Assembly: GCA_012295275.1 (NCBI GenBank)
Contig: CM022668.1
Span: 4,836,001-4,900,000, forward strand
Direction of reading: 5' to 3'
DNA: 64,000 nucleotides
DNA from: Chrysomallon squamiferum
Taxonomy: Eukaryota; Animalia; Mollusca
Part shown: piece after piece, positions 54,435 to 64,000 of the stretch
Position numbering within the stretch: the first letter of the stretch is position 1
Layout of the letters: each line of letters starts with the position of its first letter
The notes under the pieces: generated by a model
Database searches by the model: none
What the model saw: only the letters and a program-made list of their open reading frames with translations
What the model was told of the DNA's origin: nothing
Position numbers and translations under genes: made by a program

Positions 54435-55714
54435 AGTTACTGAGTCTCGTTTTAACTTCTTTCTACGAATTCCTTATCGAGTGACTGACTCCGAGAAAGG
54501 TGGAGCCATTTGTAAATGTTACTGAAAGAAAATATAAGAAAAAAAAATAAAAGAATGAAAGGTCAGCTATTAATTGAACTATTTTTTCAAGCACTTGAAA
54601 TAAACCATCCAGTATATTTTAATTTAAATACATCAGCTGTTACGTGTAATAAACATATTTTCTTTTTCTCTGCGTGGTTCCCTTTTTTCACCTACCACAA
54701 AAGAAACTGGTTTCTCTGTTTTATTTGCAAACTGGCGGAAAAAATTCTTCTTTCTTTTTTTCTTTATTTCTTTATTTCTTTATTTATTCAATTGTTCGTT
54801 ATTATATTTTTATTTATTTTGTTGTTTTTTTTGTGTTTTTTTATATTTAATTTTGTTGTATTCATTTTTCATATTGTTTGGATCTTCATACATTGTTATT
54901 TTTCTATTCACACTCACACACACACACACACGCACACACGCACACACACACGCAGGCAGGTGGGTGTTTGTTTAAAATAACAAATAAATTAAGTCACTCA
55001 TCTGAGTCTCATGTTGCTAGAGAAAATTAATTTTAGTTGACAGATGTTGTTTTATCACGTACTCATATCGTCAATTTTGTTCCTGTGGCCGAATTAGTGT
55101 TGCTGTTGTTGCTGACAGGTCACTATTGGTTTTCACTGTTTTATTTTACATACACATTCATCTCTGGTTCCATACCAAAAACAATAAATAAATAAAAATA
55201 AAATGTAATGCACCTTGATGAAAATACACTAAACAATAACGTGATCACCTTCACACAAAGTAAGGTCACCTAAACTGTGACACCTTCAGATGTTACGGTC
55301 ATCGCTCTGTTTTTAAATTAATCAAATATCTATCCGCTGATCTAAGACCCATGCCGCTCACAAATTTAATTTTAGGTGGCAGATGTTGAGTTTTCTTCGA
55401 ATTAATATGGTAAATATCATAGGATGTAAAAGTATTATTGTTAGTAGAAGTAGTAGTAGTATTGTTGTTGTTGTTGTTGTTATTGTTATTTTAATTTTAT
55501 TATAACGTATATTGATCTTGCTGATGATGGTGAAGATATTGCTATAGACTTTATTAATATCACGACTGTCACGTGACCTGTGATGACGTTTACTGATAAA
55601 AAGTTGACACGAAAACAGGACAACCCCAATAAAACTGACACGTCACGTAATAGAGTCCACTGTACCTCAGACTCTGCTTCGTATATTATTCCATTATACC
55701 AGAACTTATTTTAA

Positions 55715-55753
<39 letters not shown>

Positions 55754-55882
55754 ACACTTAGTGTAAGTGGAGTGCCCAAATAGCTAAAGACTTTAAGTTC
55801 GCATTTGAATATTAATAAAATAGTAAATTAAAAAAAAAAAAATAACTAATAAAATAAATATAATAATTTGTGTTACTACTAC

Positions 55883-55942
<60 letters not shown>

Positions 55943-56111
55943 GAAGAAGAAGAAGTAAGAAGAAGAAGAAGAAGAAGAAGAATATATAACTATGTGCATA
56001 TATATTTTATTTAATTAAGAGATATAACCCAAAGTAAAAATATTTTCATAATTTTATTTATTTCGTATCATTGACATGACTGCTTGTCTGGCTTTCCTCC
56101 AGATTTCTCTT

Positions 56112-61002
<4,891 letters not shown>

Positions 61003-61046
61003 AGTTACTGAGCCTCGTTCTAACTTCTTTCTACGAATTCCTAACC

Positions 61047-61082
61047 GAGTGACTGACTCTGAGAAAAGTGGAGCCGTTTATA
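61047..61082 (-). promoter_or_regulatory. TATA box plus initiator-like element of gene B2
   Basis: Minus-strand TATAAA at 61082-61077, with TCAGTCACTC about 28-32 nt downstream. Homologous to the B1 promoter; a decayed copy lies at ~61620-61690. Confidence 0.65.
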
Positions 61083-61981
61083 AATGTAACTGAAACGTGC
61101 CAGAAAAAAAAAGAAAAGAGAAAAGGTCATCTGGTTACTGAACTAGTTTTCACATCAACTGTAGAGTGTATTCTAATTTAAATATCAGAGCTGTTACGTG
61201 TTATAAATGTATTTTCTTTTTCCCTACGTGATTATCTTTAAATATCTAGAACAAAAGAAAATGGTTTCTCTGTTTTATTTAGAAACGGGAGGAAGAATTA
61301 CTTCTTTCTTTCTTTATTTATTTCTTTATTCATTTGTTTGTTCATTTACTTTTTTGCTATATGTATTTATTTTCATTTTATTTGTTTCTGTTTGGTTTTT
61401 TTTTTTTTTGGGGGGGGGTCTTTTTACATTTAATTTTGGTGTACTAATTTTTTTTTTTTTTTTTTTTTTTTTGTTTGGCCCCTCAGATATTACTTTTTAA
61501 TTCTGTCGATATATCAATTCTTGATTACGGATGAAAATGTTTGAAGGTTTTAAGTGTTCTTTTTTTCCTGTGATTTTTAAACAACAACAACAATAACCAT
61601 AACAATAATACTAATAATACGAATTCCTTACTGAGTGACTGAGAAAAGTGCAGACACTTGTGAATGTCACTGAAACGTGCGAATGTGTTACGAGAAGACA
61701 AAAAGGAAAGAAAGGTCATTTCAGTTGATACCTCGGATGTTACGTGTTATACACTGGTTTCTCTGTTTTATTTCGAAGTGGACTGAAGAAGTATTTCTTT
61801 ATTTATTTATTTATCTATTTGTTCTGAACTCTAGAAGATTTTCAAAAACAAATTCTTGATTATCGAAGCAAATCTTTGAAGGTTTTAAATGTTCTCATTT
61901 TTTTTTCTATTCTAATTTTACTGACATCCCGGGGATTTTTAAATAATAATAATAATAGTAATGATAATAATAATAATCATG

Positions 61982-62041
<60 letters not shown>

Positions 62042-62579
62042 TATTTTGTCGTACTTTTCTAATGGCCTGTAACTCTTTTGTTGATTTACATGATGTGAAA
62101 TTGTCTATACACGTGGGTGTTTGTTTAAAATAATAAATAAATTTATTCACTCATATAAGACTGATGCTGCTAGTGAATAATTAATTTAGGTTGACATATT
62201 ATTTTAGATGCATCTTGTTAGTGTAACCTATCGCGACTGTCACGTGACAAAGTGAAATATCTCTGATATGACGTAGAAAAGAAAATACAATAATGAAAAA
62301 AATAGAAGTGTAATCCATTTTGATGAAAATACACTAATCAATAACGTGATCACCTTCACACAAAGCAAGGTCACGTAGACTGTGTCACTTTCAGATGTTA
62401 CAGTCATCGCTCTGTTTTTAAATTTATAAAATATCTATCCACTGATCTAAGACCCATGCCGCTAACGCAAAATTAATTTTGGTCGGCAGATGTTGAGTTT
62501 TCTTCATATTAATATGGTAAATATCATAGGATGTAACCATCTTGTTATTACTATTATTATTATTATTATTATTGTTATT

Positions 62580-62621
<42 letters not shown>

Positions 62622-62867
62622 GCTCTTGTTGATGTGGCTGTTATTGTTATTATTCTTTTATAAGAGATACTGACTTCGATGATGGTGAAGATTTTGCTAT
62701 AGACATTATTAATATAACACATCACGATTGTCACGTGACTTGTTATGACCTTCACTGAGAAAAGGTTTACACGAAAACAGGACAACCCCAATAAAACTGA
62801 CACGTCACGTAGTAGAGTCCACTGTACCTCAGACTCTCCTTCGTATGTTATTCCATTATACCAGAAC

Positions 62868-63132
<265 letters not shown>

Positions 63133-63385
63133 CATCATGTGGGTGGAATGCCCAAATATCTCAATATTTTAAGTTCGCATTTGAATATGTAATAAAATAG
63201 TAAAGAAAAGAAAAGAAAAGAAAAAGAAACTGAATGTAATAATCTGTGTTACTATTAGCTTCAGTTTGAACCTAGGTGCATGTTAAGAGAATTCTTAAAA
63301 GAAAGTTGAATAAGTCATTTCATTTATCTCAGTATAAATGAAAGGATACACATCAGTATTGTCCAATCAGTTGACATGAACTTAC

Positions 63386-63410
63386 CATAGCAGCACACAT
63401 GATTTGGAGC
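63386..63410 (-). pseudogene. 3' remnant of a Cys-domain exon (APNHVCCY|gtaag)
   Basis: The conserved exon end and downstream intron (GTAAGTTCATGTCAACTGATTGGA) are retained; the 5' part and acceptor are deleted. It lies in a block resembling the B2 3' region (62300-63260 ~ 55200-55890). Confidence 0.7.
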
Positions 63411-63644
63411 ATTATCATTATATATACATGCATACACATACAAACGTAAACGTGTGTACATACACAGACAATAAATAGATAAATAAAAATTTAGTAAAAC
63501 AGAAAGTAAGTATTATTTTCACAAAACCCTAAAATAATTTTCATTAATCGACATAAGCTTAAAAATAAATAATGTTTTCGACATAGTTAAAATAGAAAGC
63601 ACTCACAGCATATATTGCATCAAAACACAGTAATGTCGTCTATT

Positions 63645-63744
<100 letters not shown>

Positions 63745-63750
63745 ACAGAT

Positions 63751-63779
63751 ACGAATCCTAACCACTAGACCACATCAGA
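63751..63779 (-). pseudogene. 5' fragment of a tRNA-Glu-like sequence or tRNA-derived SINE head
   Basis: Minus strand TCTGATGTGGTCTAGTGGTTAGGATTCG matches the eukaryotic tRNA-Glu D-arm/A-box (TGGTCTAGTGGTTAGGATTC). Truncated by (AG)n, with no T-arm. Confidence 0.5.
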
Positions 63780-63789
63780 AACTCTTGAA

Positions 63790-63985
63790 TTACCGGACCA
63801 ATTATCCGGCGTCCTGAAATCCAGAAAGACTAGAAAACCGGAAGTTTTTTCCCCGACGCTATTTTCAAAGATCGCGCGCGCGGGTGTTGTCCTCACCAGA
63901 CCGGAACTACTCTTTCAAGCCGCGTGGCGTTCATTCACTCGCCGCATTGTTTACATGTCGAGTCGCCACAGTTGTGTATCGTCAA
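63790..63985. promoter_or_regulatory. CpG-rich segment with ETS motif; possible promoter of a neighbouring gene
   Basis: Abrupt rise in GC/CpG, ACCGGAAGT at ~63837-63845, a (CG)n run and a second ACCGGAA at ~63900. Confidence 0.35.
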
Positions 63986-64000
63986 TTTTCTTTATGTTTT

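Overview
AT-rich, microsatellite-dense eukaryotic DNA from an invertebrate animal (mollusc/cephalopod-like by repeat content; inference only). Almost all supplied ORFs are microsatellite noise. By tracing GT/AG sites by hand, nearly the whole window resolves into one tandem and inverted cluster of spliced micro-exon genes for small secreted proteins. There are two subfamilies: A (exon 1 MKSSLIICVLVVTCLTVAES|HLEHWGWGHE..CSQ) and B (MKIFLFVVVVACLTTVES|HGSWWGRHFW..C). Shared architecture: exon 1 (signal peptide plus His/Trp-rich N-terminus); a 65-nt exon 2 completing a Cys-flanked 3-heptad coiled coil; a run of symmetric phase-1 micro-exons of 3-15 nt encoding a Pro/Thr/Ala stalk; one to three or more symmetric 99-120-nt exons each encoding a six-Cys domain (C-x9-C-x5-C-x12-C-x6-CC, clip-domain/beta-defensin-like spacing); and a tiny terminal exon. 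Eight gene bodies are visible: A3, A6 and B2 look intact, A1 is intact but runs off the window, and A2, A4, A5 and B1 carry lesions. Many orphan exons and a 200-N gap are also present. The Cys-domain exons are hypervariable relative to their flanking introns and show signs of exon exchange between paralogs. All gene models are manual predictions without transcript data.
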